Assembly: GCA_964617105.1 (NCBI GenBank)
Contig: CAZTWC010000007.1
Location: 1-35,865, forward strand
Length of the DNA: 35,865 nt
Direction: 5' to 3'
Source of the DNA: an uncultured Myxococcia bacterium
Lineage (GTDB): Bacteria; CAZTWC01
The position numbers and the translations under genes were made by a program. Numbering within the stretch: position 1 is the stretch's first letter; each line of letters starts with the position of its first letter. Shown here piece after piece: positions 9,180 to 18,973 of the stretch. Under the pieces are notes generated by a model. The model ran no database searches and was not told the DNA's origin. It saw only the letters and a list, made by a program, of their open reading frames with translations.

Positions 9180-12100
9180 TTACTCCAACATTTTGGTAAC
9201 TTGGCAGTCAAATAACTTGTTGGCCTGGAAAATTAAGTCATCGGTCGGACAGGCCTTATATTTATTGGGTAACGTCAGGTATATAGTTCCGATATCGGGT
9301 AGATCCATCTTGATTTCAATGGGGCAGGAGCCATGATGTATTTCCAGTAACTGTTTTAATTGGTTTAAGACATCGCTCGGGGACTCATTTAAAGGTGGGC
9401 AAGGTAATTCGAATACTATTTTTGCGGTTTTTTCACTGCGCAATGAACTCAAGGTGATTATTTCCTGCGCTCTAACTTTAACTACCTTGCTCTTTTCTTT
9501 TTCTCCGCCAGGTCCATCTGCACCATCATCCTCTGAGGCATCGTCCCTCTTTTGTTCATCCACCATTAAGGTGCCATTGATTATCAATATCTCGAACAGG
9601 TTGGAATGTCTGGGTGGCCCATTATTTTGTTGGCTTTCCTGCCTGGTTTTTATCTCTCCCGTATTGTTCAGAGAGGAGAGCAGATCCCGGTATTTTTCAA
9701 ATACTTTTTTAAAAACCAATACTTCTACCCGACCAGATAAGTCCTCCAGGGTAATAAAAGCCATCTTGTTTCCCCTGGCAGAAGTATGATGCTTTATCAG
9801 GGCGGGAAATCCGCAAATTACCACTGGACTCCGATCTTTGAGTTGAGAGAGACTGGCAATTTCCTGGTTATGGTATTTTTCCACCTCTTGTTGGTAACTC
9901 TCCATGGGATGACCAGATAGAAAGTAACCCAATACCTCTTTTTCATTTATCAGGCGTTCCTGGAAATCCCATTTTTCAATGTCTGGATAGTAAGTCGAAT
10001 AGTCAATTTGAGCCTGTTCCCGATCATCTTTAGCCATCAAGGAGAAGAGATCCATTTGATTATTTTGCTTCTCTTTCTGCAGGCTGTTACCTATTTCCAG
10101 GGCTTTGTTAACTGCCTGAAAAATCCGGGATCTATAAAAATGGGAAAAATCAAAGCAACCAGCTTTTGTCAGGCTCTCAATAACCCGGCGGTTTACTGTC
10201 CGCAAATCAACCCGCTGACATAGATCGAAGAGATCCCGGAAATTTCCCTCTTTCTCTCTACAGCCCTCAATCGACTTTACCGCTTTTTCGCCCACATTTT
10301 TTATGGCTCCCAGGCCAAACCGGATCGCTTTTTTTTCACCAATGTTTTCTACATCAAAATTCCATCCCGATTTGTTCACATCTGCCGGCAAGATTTTAAT
10401 GCCCATTTTTCTGGTTTCGTTAAGGTAATTCATCAATTTGTCGCTTCTATCCATATCCATACTTAATAGGGCGGTCATTAACTCTACTGGAAAATAGGTT
10501 TTCAAATAGGCGGTCTGATAAGAGATTAAAGCATAGGCTGCCGAGTGAGACTTGTTAAAACCGTATTCAGCAAACTTTTCAATGTTGGCAAAAATCTCCT
10601 TTGCCAGTTTAACGTTGATTTGTTGAGCTTGTGCTCCTTCCAAAAAAGCCTGGCGTTGAGCATCCATCTCAGCCTTATCTTTTTTACCCATAGCCCGCCG
10701 CACTATATCTGCTTTGCCCAGGCTAAAACCGGCTAAAACCTGGACCAGTTTCATCACCTGTTCTTGATAGACAATAACCCCGTAAGTTTCTTCCAGAATA
10801 TCTTCCAGCAGGGGGTGAGCATAAGTGATCTCGGCTCGACCATGTTTACAGTCGCAAAATCGATCAACATATCCACTTTTCAAGGGACCGGGACGATGAA
10901 GAGCTACTGCAGCGATTAGATCTTCAAACCGATCCGGTTTGAGATTTTTCATTAAAGATTGAAATCCGAGAGATTCCAGTTGGAATACCCCCAGAGTATT
11001 ACCACCGGTTAAAAACTGGTAAACTTTGGGGTCATTCAACGGGATTGCATCAATATCAACCTGTTTATCAACCGATTGCCCCCGGTTGATCAGTTGTACC
11101 GCTTCATCAATCAGAGTCAGAGTTTTTAGTCCCAAAAAATCGAATTTGACAAGTCCGGTCAATTCCACCTTTTTTTTGTCAAACTGGGTCATTACTTTGT
11201 CGTCTTTGCTCATAAAGAGAGGAGCGTACTCCCACAACGGTTTGTCGCCGATAACTATTCCGGCGGCATGCATCCCCGGATAACGATTTAGATGTTCCAG
11301 TTTGAGAGCCAGTTCTATTAGTTCCTGGTATTTTTTATTTTTCGTCATCATCTTTTGCAACTGAGGTTCTGACTCGAGTGCATCATTCAAGGTGACGTTT
11401 GCTCCTATAGGCACTAACTTGGCCAGTACATCCACCTCGTTGAGAGGTACATCCAAAACTCGTCCAACATCGCGGATTACACTGCGGGCCTTTAACTTAG
11501 TGTGGTTGATAATTTGACCCACATTGTCGGTCCCATATTTTTCAGTTACATAGGTGATCACCTCCTGGCGCCGTTTTTTGCAGAAATCGATATCAAAGTC
11601 GGGCATGCTTACCCGCTCGGTATTTAAAAATCGTTCAAACAGGAGATCATAGGGTAGTGGATCCAGGTCGGTTATGCCCATAGAGTAAGCCACTAAAGAG
11701 CCAGCGCCAGATCCGCGTCCCGGTCCCACCTTGATCCCCTGGTTCTTGGCGTGGGCAATAAAATCCCATACGATCAAAAAATATCCGCTAAATCCCATGC
11801 GGATAATCACCTCCAGTTCATGCTCCAACCGTTGCCGGTAAACTTTTTTATCGGTTTTGGGCGGGCGCTGTTTAAGTCGTTTTTTGAAACCATCCACGGC
11901 CACCTTCCGTAAATAATCGCTTTCGCTCATTCCTGCCGGCACTTGGAATTTGGGCAGGTGGGTACTCTTCAAATCCAGCTCCAAATTACACTGGTCAGCT
12001 ATTCGGCAGGTGTTCTCAATAGTTTCGGGAATATGGGCAAAGGCTTGAGCCATCTCCTGGGGAGGCTTGAGGTAGAACTGGTCGGTGGAGTGGGAGAGCC

Positions 12101-12800
12101 GGTCTGTATCAGTTAATCTTTTGCCGGTTTGAACGCACATCAGTACTTCATGGGCAAAATGATCCTGCCGGGTCATATAGTGGCAATCATTGGTGGCCAC
12201 CATAGGGATATTCATTTGCTCGGAAATCTCTTGCAAACCCTGGTTGACTTTTTTTTGCTCAGGCAAACCATTTTCCTGCAACTCCAGGTAGAAATCATCC
12301 GCAGCAAACAGAGAACGTAACTCTTTAGCCTTGGCCAGAGGTAAATCCAGGGAGTTGTTGGAGAGGATGGTTTTGGGCAACTCACCGCCCAGGCAGGCAG
12401 AAAGGCCTATTAGCCCTTCACTGTGTTTGGCCAAAAGAGGTTTATCTATCCTGGGATGGTAGTATTTTCCCTTAACATGGGCCATGGAAACCAAATAGAC
12501 CAGGTTTTTGTAACCGATATTATTTTTTGCCAGCAGTACCAGGTGATAATCTATCCGTTCGGAGCGGTCCAGCATCCCTTTTTCGCCGGCCACGTAAACT
12601 TCGCAGCCGATAATGGGTTTGATATTATGCTTTAAGGCAGTCTGATAAAAGTCTATAGCCCCAAACAGGTTGCCATGGTCAGTGATAGCCACCGAATTCA
12701 TCCCCATCTCTTTTATGGCGGGAAAGAGGTCTTTAATTTTGATGGCGCCATCTAAGATGCTGTATTGGGTATGAAGGTGAAGATGAGTAAAATCGCTCAT
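9180..12800 (-). CDS. dnaE: DNA polymerase III alpha subunit
   Basis: PHP domain (HLHLHTQYS, TDHGN, TNDCHY), GPGRGSGAGS, catalytic PDFDID, KFDFLGL, YGFNKSH, clamp-binding QMDLF. Confidence 0.99.
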   Translation of the reverse strand: MSDFTHLHLHTQYSILDGAIKIKDLFPAIKEMGMNSVAITDHGNLFGAIDFYQTALKHNIKPIIGCEVYVAGEKGMLDRSERIDYHLVLLAKNNIGYKNLVYLVSMAHVKGKYYHPRIDKPLLAKHSEGLIGLSACLGGELPKTILSNNSLDLPLAKAKELRSLFAADDFYLELQENGLPEQKKVNQGLQEISEQMNIPMVATNDCHYMTRQDHFAHEVLMCVQTGKRLTDTDRLSHSTDQFYLKPPQEMAQAFAHIPETIENTCRIADQCNLELDLKSTHLPKFQVPAGMSESDYLRKVAVDGFKKRLKQRPPKTDKKVYRQRLEHELEVIIRMGFSGYFLIVWDFIAHAKNQGIKVGPGRGSGAGSLVAYSMGITDLDPLPYDLLFERFLNTERVSMPDFDIDFCKKRRQEVITYVTEKYGTDNVGQIINHTKLKARSVIRDVGRVLDVPLNEVDVLAKLVPIGANVTLNDALESEPQLQKMMTKNKKYQELIELALKLEHLNRYPGMHAAGIVIGDKPLWEYAPLFMSKDDKVMTQFDKKKVELTGLVKFDFLGLKTLTLIDEAVQLINRGQSVDKQVDIDAIPLNDPKVYQFLTGGNTLGVFQLESLGFQSLMKNLKPDRFEDLIAAVALHRPGPLKSGYVDRFCDCKHGRAEITYAHPLLEDILEETYGVIVYQEQVMKLVQVLAGFSLGKADIVRRAMGKKDKAEMDAQRQAFLEGAQAQQINVKLAKEIFANIEKFAEYGFNKSHSAAYALISYQTAYLKTYFPVELMTALLSMDMDRSDKLMNYLNETRKMGIKILPADVNKSGWNFDVENIGEKKAIRFGLGAIKNVGEKAVKSIEGCREKEGNFRDLFDLCQRVDLRTVNRRVIESLTKAGCFDFSHFYRSRIFQAVNKALEIGNSLQKEKQNNQMDLFSLMAKDDREQAQIDYSTYYPDIEKWDFQERLINEKEVLGYFLSGHPMESYQQEVEKYHNQEIASLSQLKDRSPVVICGFPALIKHHTSARGNKMAFITLEDLSGRVEVLVFKKVFEKYRDLLSSLNNTGEIKTRQESQQNNGPPRHSNLFEILIINGTLMVDEQKRDDASEDDGADGPGGEKEKSKVVKVRAQEIITLSSLRSEKTAKIVFELPCPPLNESPSDVLNQLKQLLEIHHGSCPIEIKMDLPDIGTIYLTLPNKYKACPTDDLIFQANKLFDCQVTKMLE

Positions 12801-12824
12801 GCGGGTATTCCTGGGGGATTAAAT

Positions 12825-12864
12825 CTCCACCCGTGCCAGCCTTTTGCCGGAAAAGAGGGTGGAG
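12825..12864. promoter_or_regulatory. Intergenic hairpin upstream of dnaE
   Basis: ctccaccc...gggtggag (8-bp inverted repeat) enclosing cttttgccggaaaag; function unknown. Confidence 0.4.
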
Positions 12865-12900
12865 CCTTAGCGGGTTGGAATGTCCAGAACAGGTGTATGG

Positions 12901-13623
12901 CTATTTGTTGCTGTATATCCCATATAGTTTGGTAAAACACTCCTGAAGTTTTTCGCCCAGAAGTTCAGTTTTGGTGGAAGTGTAGTCTTCCTCGTTCTCA
13001 AAGGCTACATAAGGTACTTTGATCCCCTTTATCTCGATATGGGTGGGGGATTGGGCGGTCAACTTTTCCCAGTCGTTCACTTTGTAATAGTGATCCATCT
13101 TCTCCTGGGGCAGAGAGTGGTGCAGGATACTGTGAGCCAAATCCGGTTTGAAACGGCGGTTGTTTTTGCGACAGGATTCATCATAGGAAACTTTGATGTA
13201 GAAAATAGTTGCTTTTTTCAAGATCTCCTCTGACAGGTGTTCAAAAGCTTCACCAAAGCCATTTTCTCCACCCCGGGCAAACTCGATAAGAAGGGTCTTT
13301 TTCTGCAGCATATCCGGCTCTTCCAGTAACCTGGTTTTATGAGCCAAAGCCATTTTTTCGATTAAAAAGTTCCAGAACCATTCATCTTTGAAATAGTAGT
13401 TTTCGTCTGTATAGATTCGGTCGTGTCCCATCTTTACCCGGATGTCGTCCTCTTCGAATTTTTCCCAGATATAGGGAAAATCATCCAACTCTTCCAGTTT
13501 ACCAATTCGCAACAGTTCAATCCTGGAGCCTATAGGGGTTTTTTTGATATAATCTATCACTTCAGATTTGCCCGCTGCCGGACGACCGATTAAAAGAACA
13601 ATATCCAATCCATTCTCAGCCAT
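12901..13623 (-). CDS. P-loop NTPase/kinase-like hypothetical protein (start revised to ATG at 13623)
   Basis: N-terminal Walker A LLIGRPAAGKS and LLIEFARG; a GGGAGG Shine-Dalgarno lies 5 nt before ATG 13623. Confidence 0.75.
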   Translation of the reverse strand: MAENGLDIVLLIGRPAAGKSEVIDYIKKTPIGSRIELLRIGKLEELDDFPYIWEKFEEDDIRVKMGHDRIYTDENYYFKDEWFWNFLIEKMALAHKTRLLEEPDMLQKKTLLIEFARGGENGFGEAFEHLSEEILKKATIFYIKVSYDESCRKNNRRFKPDLAHSILHHSLPQEKMDHYYKVNDWEKLTAQSPTHIEIKGIKVPYVAFENEEDYTSTKTELLGEKLQECFTKLYGIYSNK

Positions 13624-13730
13624 AATTGCCTCCCATTTATAAGTAATATTCATCCGGAAGCGCGCCTTTTGGCGATTTCCAGATAGACACTTGGTAACTA
13701 ATTTTAAATTACCAAATAATAATTCTGGTA

Positions 13731-13759
13731 AGAATACACTGTCTGCCTAGATAAGTAAA
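13731..13759 (-). promoter_or_regulatory. Putative sigma70 promoter for the P-loop gene
   Basis: Minus strand TTTACT-N17-TATTCT. Confidence 0.4.
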
Positions 13760-13815
13760 CAGTTTCTACCCCCGGTGTCAGTTCAAATGACATTTGTTGC
13801 TTGACAGGGTACGGA

Positions 13816-15678
13816 TTAATGTCCCCCCGATCCTTTGGGTTTGGCGTTCCAGATTCTCAAGGAGAGGAGAAAGCCGATTACTCCGAAAGGGATTAAGAAA
13901 AGGGGCCAGTATGACCAGCTTTTGGTGGTGAGAAAGCCCAGACAGATAGATTGAACTCCAGTGCCCAGATAGACAAAGCCATCGATAATCCCCACCGCAG
14001 TGGCAGCTGCTTTCCGGCCGCCGAAATCCATGGTGGCGGTGCCGCTTAACAGGCCGTGGGTGCCGATTACGCACACTGACATAAAAAATATCACCAATCC
14101 CAGGAAAAGAGGGTTAAGGGTAAGTTTGGGACCTGCTTTTAACTTACGTTTCTCGCCCGCTCGCAGGGAAACAGCATGGTCAGGAACTTTTAATTCCACC
14201 TGCTTATCTCCTCGTTGAACGGTAATGGGGATAACTCCGTTGGAGAGTTGCAAATTGGCTGTGGTTTGTTTTGGTCTGCTGGTACACATACACTGCCCGG
14301 TGTCCCACTTGGCTCCGTCCAGGCATTTGGCGGGGATACAGGCCACTGCTCGGGCAACATCTGACCAATCTTGGTTGATTTTAACCCCATTAACCATCAG
14401 GATACGATCACCCTTCTTGAGGGGATAGTCGTCTCCCTTGCTCCAGCCTACCGTTGGCTCAGAGCCGCCCAGGGAGAAGATCATGAAAATGGAGCATATA
14501 GTTAAAATAGCGTAAAGGCCACCAGCTGCTGGAGCCCGGCGACTCTGGAAAAACAGGTCGCTCACCCAACCGGCTACATTGCCGCCAATTACGCCGGCTA
14601 TAAAGAGCAAACCACCCCAGCCGCCTTGAACAAAAGGTGACAGGGCCACCAGGGAGCCGGAGATCAGTAAATAGGCTTTACGTTTTCCACTCGATTTTGA
14701 ACCCAGAAAAAAGAAAACTGCCGCTAAAATAAAAATGCCGATAACAACATAGGTATTACCCCAGGAGCCGTAACGCAGAAGGTGGTTGGAGGGCAGTACC
14801 AAAATCTCTTTGGCGTAAAAAGGAAACCAGTGCATTACGCCGTTGCGCAAAACACCGGTGCAAAACTCTATCAGAGCCAGAGTAAGGATGATGGGATTGG
14901 TAATAATCCGTTTCATTATCTCAAACACTGGAAGATTGGCTTCTCCCTCACCCGAGGAGGCGTCACCAGTGTCGAAATCACGGTGGCCGGCTAATCCTGG
15001 CCGATCCTTGAGTAAAAAGAGTTCAATTGCCAGCATGGTTACCAGGCAGATGGAGGGGGCAAAAAAGCACCACCACTGGCCATCGGTACCTCCCGGGCCG
15101 CTGCCTTTAACAAAACTTAAAACCCATCCATTTACGGTAAAGGCAAAAAAGATGCCAGAGGAGATCATGGTGCCAAAAATACCGGAGAAACCACCTCGTT
15201 CCCTCACATGAAACCAGTGGGCATTGACTTTGACTATGGCCACAGCGCCAAAACTTTGAAAATACATGTTTATAGCGTACATGAATGACATATAAAAGGT
15301 CAGATTAATATCAGTGTCACCAGATATCAGTGTGGTTCGGATAAAAAGTCCCATCAAAAAATTCATTAGCGCCGATCCGGAAAGGGCGATTAAAATGGCT
15401 TTCTTGCCGCCCATTTTGTCGGTTAGAGGGCCATTAAGTAAAAATGAAAAGGCATAAGTAATAGTCCCAGCGGCAAAAATGATACCAAAATCTTCCTTGG
15501 TCATCAGGTCGCCGAGGGCATTTTTAGAAACAGTGAGGTTGTAGCGGCCCATATACAAAAAAGCATAGGCCAGCCCCATGGGAAACCAGTTGAGAGCTCG
15601 CCTTATTTTGAATTTTTTGTCGTGTACGATACGACCATTGTTGTCGAAATGGGGAAAATCCTCTTGAGTGTTAGTCAT
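13816..15678 (-). CDS. MFS transporter, organophosphate:Pi antiporter (GlpT/UhpC-like) family, with an inserted PDZ-like domain
   Basis: YMGRYNL and GVLRNG (the two OPA substrate Arg positions), GPLTDKMGGK, WFHVRERG, GWVSD, AAATAVGIIDGFVYLG; ~115-aa hydrophilic insert. Confidence 0.88.
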   Translation of the reverse strand: MTNTQEDFPHFDNNGRIVHDKKFKIRRALNWFPMGLAYAFLYMGRYNLTVSKNALGDLMTKEDFGIIFAAGTITYAFSFLLNGPLTDKMGGKKAILIALSGSALMNFLMGLFIRTTLISGDTDINLTFYMSFMYAINMYFQSFGAVAIVKVNAHWFHVRERGGFSGIFGTMISSGIFFAFTVNGWVLSFVKGSGPGGTDGQWWCFFAPSICLVTMLAIELFLLKDRPGLAGHRDFDTGDASSGEGEANLPVFEIMKRIITNPIILTLALIEFCTGVLRNGVMHWFPFYAKEILVLPSNHLLRYGSWGNTYVVIGIFILAAVFFFLGSKSSGKRKAYLLISGSLVALSPFVQGGWGGLLFIAGVIGGNVAGWVSDLFFQSRRAPAAGGLYAILTICSIFMIFSLGGSEPTVGWSKGDDYPLKKGDRILMVNGVKINQDWSDVARAVACIPAKCLDGAKWDTGQCMCTSRPKQTTANLQLSNGVIPITVQRGDKQVELKVPDHAVSLRAGEKRKLKAGPKLTLNPLFLGLVIFFMSVCVIGTHGLLSGTATMDFGGRKAAATAVGIIDGFVYLGTGVQSICLGFLTTKSWSYWPLFLIPFGVIGFLLSLRIWNAKPKGSGGH

Positions 15679-15692
15679 TAAATCAAATCCTT

Positions 15693-16250
15693 TTACTTGT
15701 TGTTGCTGCTTAAAAGATATCCGAATCCACTGCCGGTAAGTCCACCAATTATGTGGGCAAATTGGGAGATATTATCATCACGGATACTGTTTAAAATCTC
15801 CTTACCCACAAATAGGAGAAAAACCAGAATAAAGGTTAAAGGGATATGGCCGTTATCGCTTCTGCTCCAAGAGGAGAGGATAATCAGCATGAATACCACC
15901 CCGCTGGCACCTAAAAGACCGGTATCAAAAAAGATCACGTTTAACAACCCGGTTACAAAAGCGGTGATGGCTAAAAGTTCAAATAGTTCCCAGGAGCCGT
16001 ATTTTTCCTCCAAAATAGGGCCTAAAAGGAGAATAAAGGCAAAGTTTCCAGTAAGGTGTTCCCAGTTGGCATGGCCGAGAACATGGGTGAATAGGCGTAA
16101 GTAACTGAAAAAGTTAAAAAAGTCAAAATGGGATGGGCAAATGAAAAAAGTGCCAATTAATCCGGGCAACACCAACATTTCCAGCAACAATAGGGCAACA
16201 CTCAACATGGTATAGGTTAGGACCACTGGCGAGTTGTAAGTAATTCTCAT
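15693..16250 (-). CDS. Rhomboid family intramembrane serine protease
   Basis: HANWEHLTGN, LLGASG (catalytic Ser), AHIIGG (catalytic His). Confidence 0.93.
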   Translation of the reverse strand: MRITYNSPVVLTYTMLSVALLLLEMLVLPGLIGTFFICPSHFDFFNFFSYLRLFTHVLGHANWEHLTGNFAFILLLGPILEEKYGSWELFELLAITAFVTGLLNVIFFDTGLLGASGVVFMLIILSSWSRSDNGHIPLTFILVFLLFVGKEILNSIRDDNISQFAHIIGGLTGSGFGYLLSSNNK

Positions 16251-17215
16251 CCTTTAACCTTTCCCTCTAACACCTTCTTCTCCAGCCACTGGATCATCGC
16301 ATCTTCTAAGGATACGCCGTTTTCCTGGCTGATTTCCCTGAGCATGGTAGGGCTAGTCAGGTTGATTTCAGTCAGTTTTTCACCGATTACATCTATTCCG
16401 GCAAAATAGATACCCTCCCTTTTAAAAACCAGTCCTAACTGCCGGCACAAATCCATTTCTGCATCGTTTATCCCAGCAGGGAAGGCCTGTCCGCCCGAAT
16501 CGACATTGCCCCTGAAATCATTGGACCCGGCTTTCCTTACAATGGCGCCCAGGGGCTGTCCATCTAAGAGGATAATTCGTTTGTCCCCGTTTTCCGCATC
16601 TGGAAGATACTCCTGCACCATTACCGGGGTTTGACCCATATTGGTACTGTGTTGCACCAGGGACATCAAGTTGGGATCGTCCCATCGTAAAAGAAATACC
16701 CCTACTCCGCCTTTGCCGGCCAACGGCTTTATCACTGTTTCTTTTTCTTGGGACACAAAGTCGATAATCTTTTCTTTGTTAGCACTTACGATAGTCCTGG
16801 GAATCAGGTTCGGAAAGGGTAAAATCGACAGTTTTTCGTTATAGGCCCGCAAGGCGGAAGGTCTATTTAGCACCAGGGTCTTGTGAGCCGGAAGGAGATC
16901 CAAAAGTTGAGTAGCATAGATGTAATTCATATCCACCGGTGGATCTTTGCGCATCCAAACTGCCTGCATTTCCGACAGGGGAAGTTCAACAGTTTCTAAG
17001 ATGTTGCACCATGGTTGGCAACCTGGGCGCATCTCAAGTTTTTTCAGGATTCCTCTGGTTTTTCCCTGACTAAAAAAGATATCCTCTACCTGGATCACAA
17101 AAACTTGATGTTCCCGCCTAAAAGAGGCCTCCATCAAGGCTACACTAGAATCGTGATCAGGTTTTATCAAGTGAAGAGGATCGATGATAAAGGCTGTTTT
17201 CATTTGTTTTTCCAT
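16247..17215 (-). CDS. gshB: Glutathione synthetase
   Basis: HDSS, MRKDPP, NEKL, KPL.G.GG, GDKRI, DFRGN, GIDVIG..LTEINLTSPT. Confidence 0.95.
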   Translation of the reverse strand: MEKQMKTAFIIDPLHLIKPDHDSSVALMEASFRREHQVFVIQVEDIFFSQGKTRGILKKLEMRPGCQPWCNILETVELPLSEMQAVWMRKDPPVDMNYIYATQLLDLLPAHKTLVLNRPSALRAYNEKLSILPFPNLIPRTIVSANKEKIIDFVSQEKETVIKPLAGKGGVGVFLLRWDDPNLMSLVQHSTNMGQTPVMVQEYLPDAENGDKRIILLDGQPLGAIVRKAGSNDFRGNVDSGGQAFPAGINDAEMDLCRQLGLVFKREGIYFAGIDVIGEKLTEINLTSPTMLREISQENGVSLEDAMIQWLEKKVLEGKVKG

Positions 17216-17255
17216 TCGCCAGCTGGAAGCCGGATTGCACCGGGTGAATGCCGGG

Positions 17256-17534
17256 TTATCTCCCCAGTAGTCGGTTCAATTTATCATGGGAGTGCATATG
17301 GTAAAGATCGTCACACCCACCGATATGTTGTTGGTCGATAAAAATTTGTGGCACTGTGCGGCGCCCACCGGATCGTTTCAGCATTTCCATCATTTTTTCC
17401 TGGTCACCGTCTACCAGGTGTTCGACAAAACCGATCTCTATCTCTTCAAAAAGTTGTTTGGCCCTTACACAGAATGGGCATACCCGGGTGGTATATATTT
17501 CGACTTTTGCAGGCATTATCTTCTTCCTGTTCAA
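17256..17534 (-). CDS. grxC: Glutaredoxin 3
   Basis: CPFC active site, RTVPQIFI, IGGCDDL; the start may be the downstream ATG (MPAKV). Confidence 0.93.
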   Translation of the reverse strand: MNRKKIMPAKVEIYTTRVCPFCVRAKQLFEEIEIGFVEHLVDGDQEKMMEMLKRSGGRRTVPQIFIDQQHIGGCDDLYHMHSHDKLNRLLGR

Positions 17535-17630
17535 AAATTAAAAGTGGCTATTTTCTATAACATTAATATGCTTAGAAGTCAATTGAGGGAGATTATGAGG
17601 CTTTCAACATGCAATTTCAAACCCTGGTTA

Positions 17631-18470
17631 TTACTGTAGTTGGAGTTTGTCTCTTAGGTGCTTTAGCGTATTGATCAACGAGGTGTGGCCCGAGTTTGTG
17701 GCGGAAATTTTAAATAGGGGAAAGGCCCCCAAAAGAGATATATCGCCATACAAGTCGAGAATTTTGTGGCGTATAGGTTCCTGGTCCAGTCGAAAACCAC
17801 TTGTATTAATTGGCCGGCCATCATTGTTCAGCACCAGGGCATTGTTTAAAGAGCCGCCTTTTATCAGATTTTGACGTCTCATCTTATCTATATCGTGGAA
17901 AAAGCAATAGGTTCTGGCCAGGCAGATCTGTTGCAGGTAGTTACTGGTGGAAAAATCCATAGAATATTGCTGCTCGATTTGCCCGAAAGATTTTACTGCT
18001 ACTGTAAAATTGTTGGCAGGAGAAAATTCAAATTTGGCGCCTTTTTTGTCTTCATAAAAAGGGGGGATTTTTTTTTCACAAGTAAGAATTTTTTTGGGTG
18101 AATTCTGGCATTTAAGCCCAACCCGATTAATTTCAGAGGCAAAAAAAAGGGATGATCCGTCCATTATAGGAATTTCCGGTCCATCCACTTTAATCAAGGC
18201 ATTGTCCACGGCTAAACCAAAGAGAGCCGAGAGGATATGTTCGACCGTGTGGACCATAAAATGGTTGTTGCCCAGGGTAGTGCAAAGAGAAGTTGAGATC
18301 ACCCGGTCCAGATTACCGGGGCAATGATGCCACTTATTGTTTACTTGAACCGCTAAAATAAAGCCAGAGTTTTCATCCAAAGGTTCAACTCTAACGGCAG
18401 TTTTTATGCCGGTATGAAGACCAATGCCAGAGAAACTTATGGAATCTTTAAGGGTGTGTTGATTGGTCAT
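17631..18470 (-). CDS. lpxC: UDP-3-O-acyl-N-acetylglucosamine deacetylase
   Basis: GIGLHTG, TVEHILSA, EIPIMDGS, ARTY, RHKILDLYGD, SGH. Confidence 0.95.
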   Translation of the reverse strand: MTNQHTLKDSISFSGIGLHTGIKTAVRVEPLDENSGFILAVQVNNKWHHCPGNLDRVISTSLCTTLGNNHFMVHTVEHILSALFGLAVDNALIKVDGPEIPIMDGSSLFFASEINRVGLKCQNSPKKILTCEKKIPPFYEDKKGAKFEFSPANNFTVAVKSFGQIEQQYSMDFSTSNYLQQICLARTYCFFHDIDKMRRQNLIKGGSLNNALVLNNDGRPINTSGFRLDQEPIRHKILDLYGDISLLGAFPLFKISATNSGHTSLINTLKHLRDKLQLQ

Positions 18471-18498
18471 TTTAACCTCGAAAAGAAATAATCTGGTT

Positions 18499-18972
18499 TT
18501 AGGGTCTCAAAATCTTTCCTTTAATCTCCTCTAATATAGGCGAAATAGATTTTTCAATTTCCGGGGAAAATTCAAAGCCAAAATCTTGAAACTCTTTGAT
18601 CTCCACCGCAAAGATAGTAACTTTTTGCGGTAAAGGCAGTTGAGCCTGTTGTCCCATAGTAAAGATGTGACCAAAAGTGGTGTGGTGTGGGGAAGTCTTA
18701 TAGGTTGCGCCGGTTAGAATTTGGGGTAATTGGAGTTTAGATATGGTGCCGGGTGGATGTTTGCCGCTGACCATACTGTCGATGACCACCAGGTTTTGAT
18801 AACCGCATATTAAATCCAAAAGAGCCATCCCCGCTTCACCAGAAGCGATAAATTCCCATTCGGTTAAGCGGGAGATCTGCTCATCTTTTTCCAGTTTTTC
18901 ACATAGGAAAATCCCAATGCCATCGTCCTGACGGATGGGATTTCCCAGTCCTAGTACTAAATTTGAGGCCAT
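18499..18972 (-). CDS. Hydrogenase maturation protease (HybD/HycI family)
   Basis: LVLGLGNPIRQDDGIG, VVIDS, SPHH; immediately downstream of mvhA. Confidence 0.93.
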   Translation of the reverse strand: MASNLVLGLGNPIRQDDGIGIFLCEKLEKDEQISRLTEWEFIASGEAGMALLDLICGYQNLVVIDSMVSGKHPPGTISKLQLPQILTGATYKTSPHHTTFGHIFTMGQQAQLPLPQKVTIFAVEIKEFQDFGFEFSPEIEKSISPILEEIKGKILRP

Positions 18973-18973
18973 C

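Noticed and set aside
9180-12800. Intein in dnaE
   Set aside because: The length is near normal and there are no C/S...HN splice or LAGLIDADG motifs.
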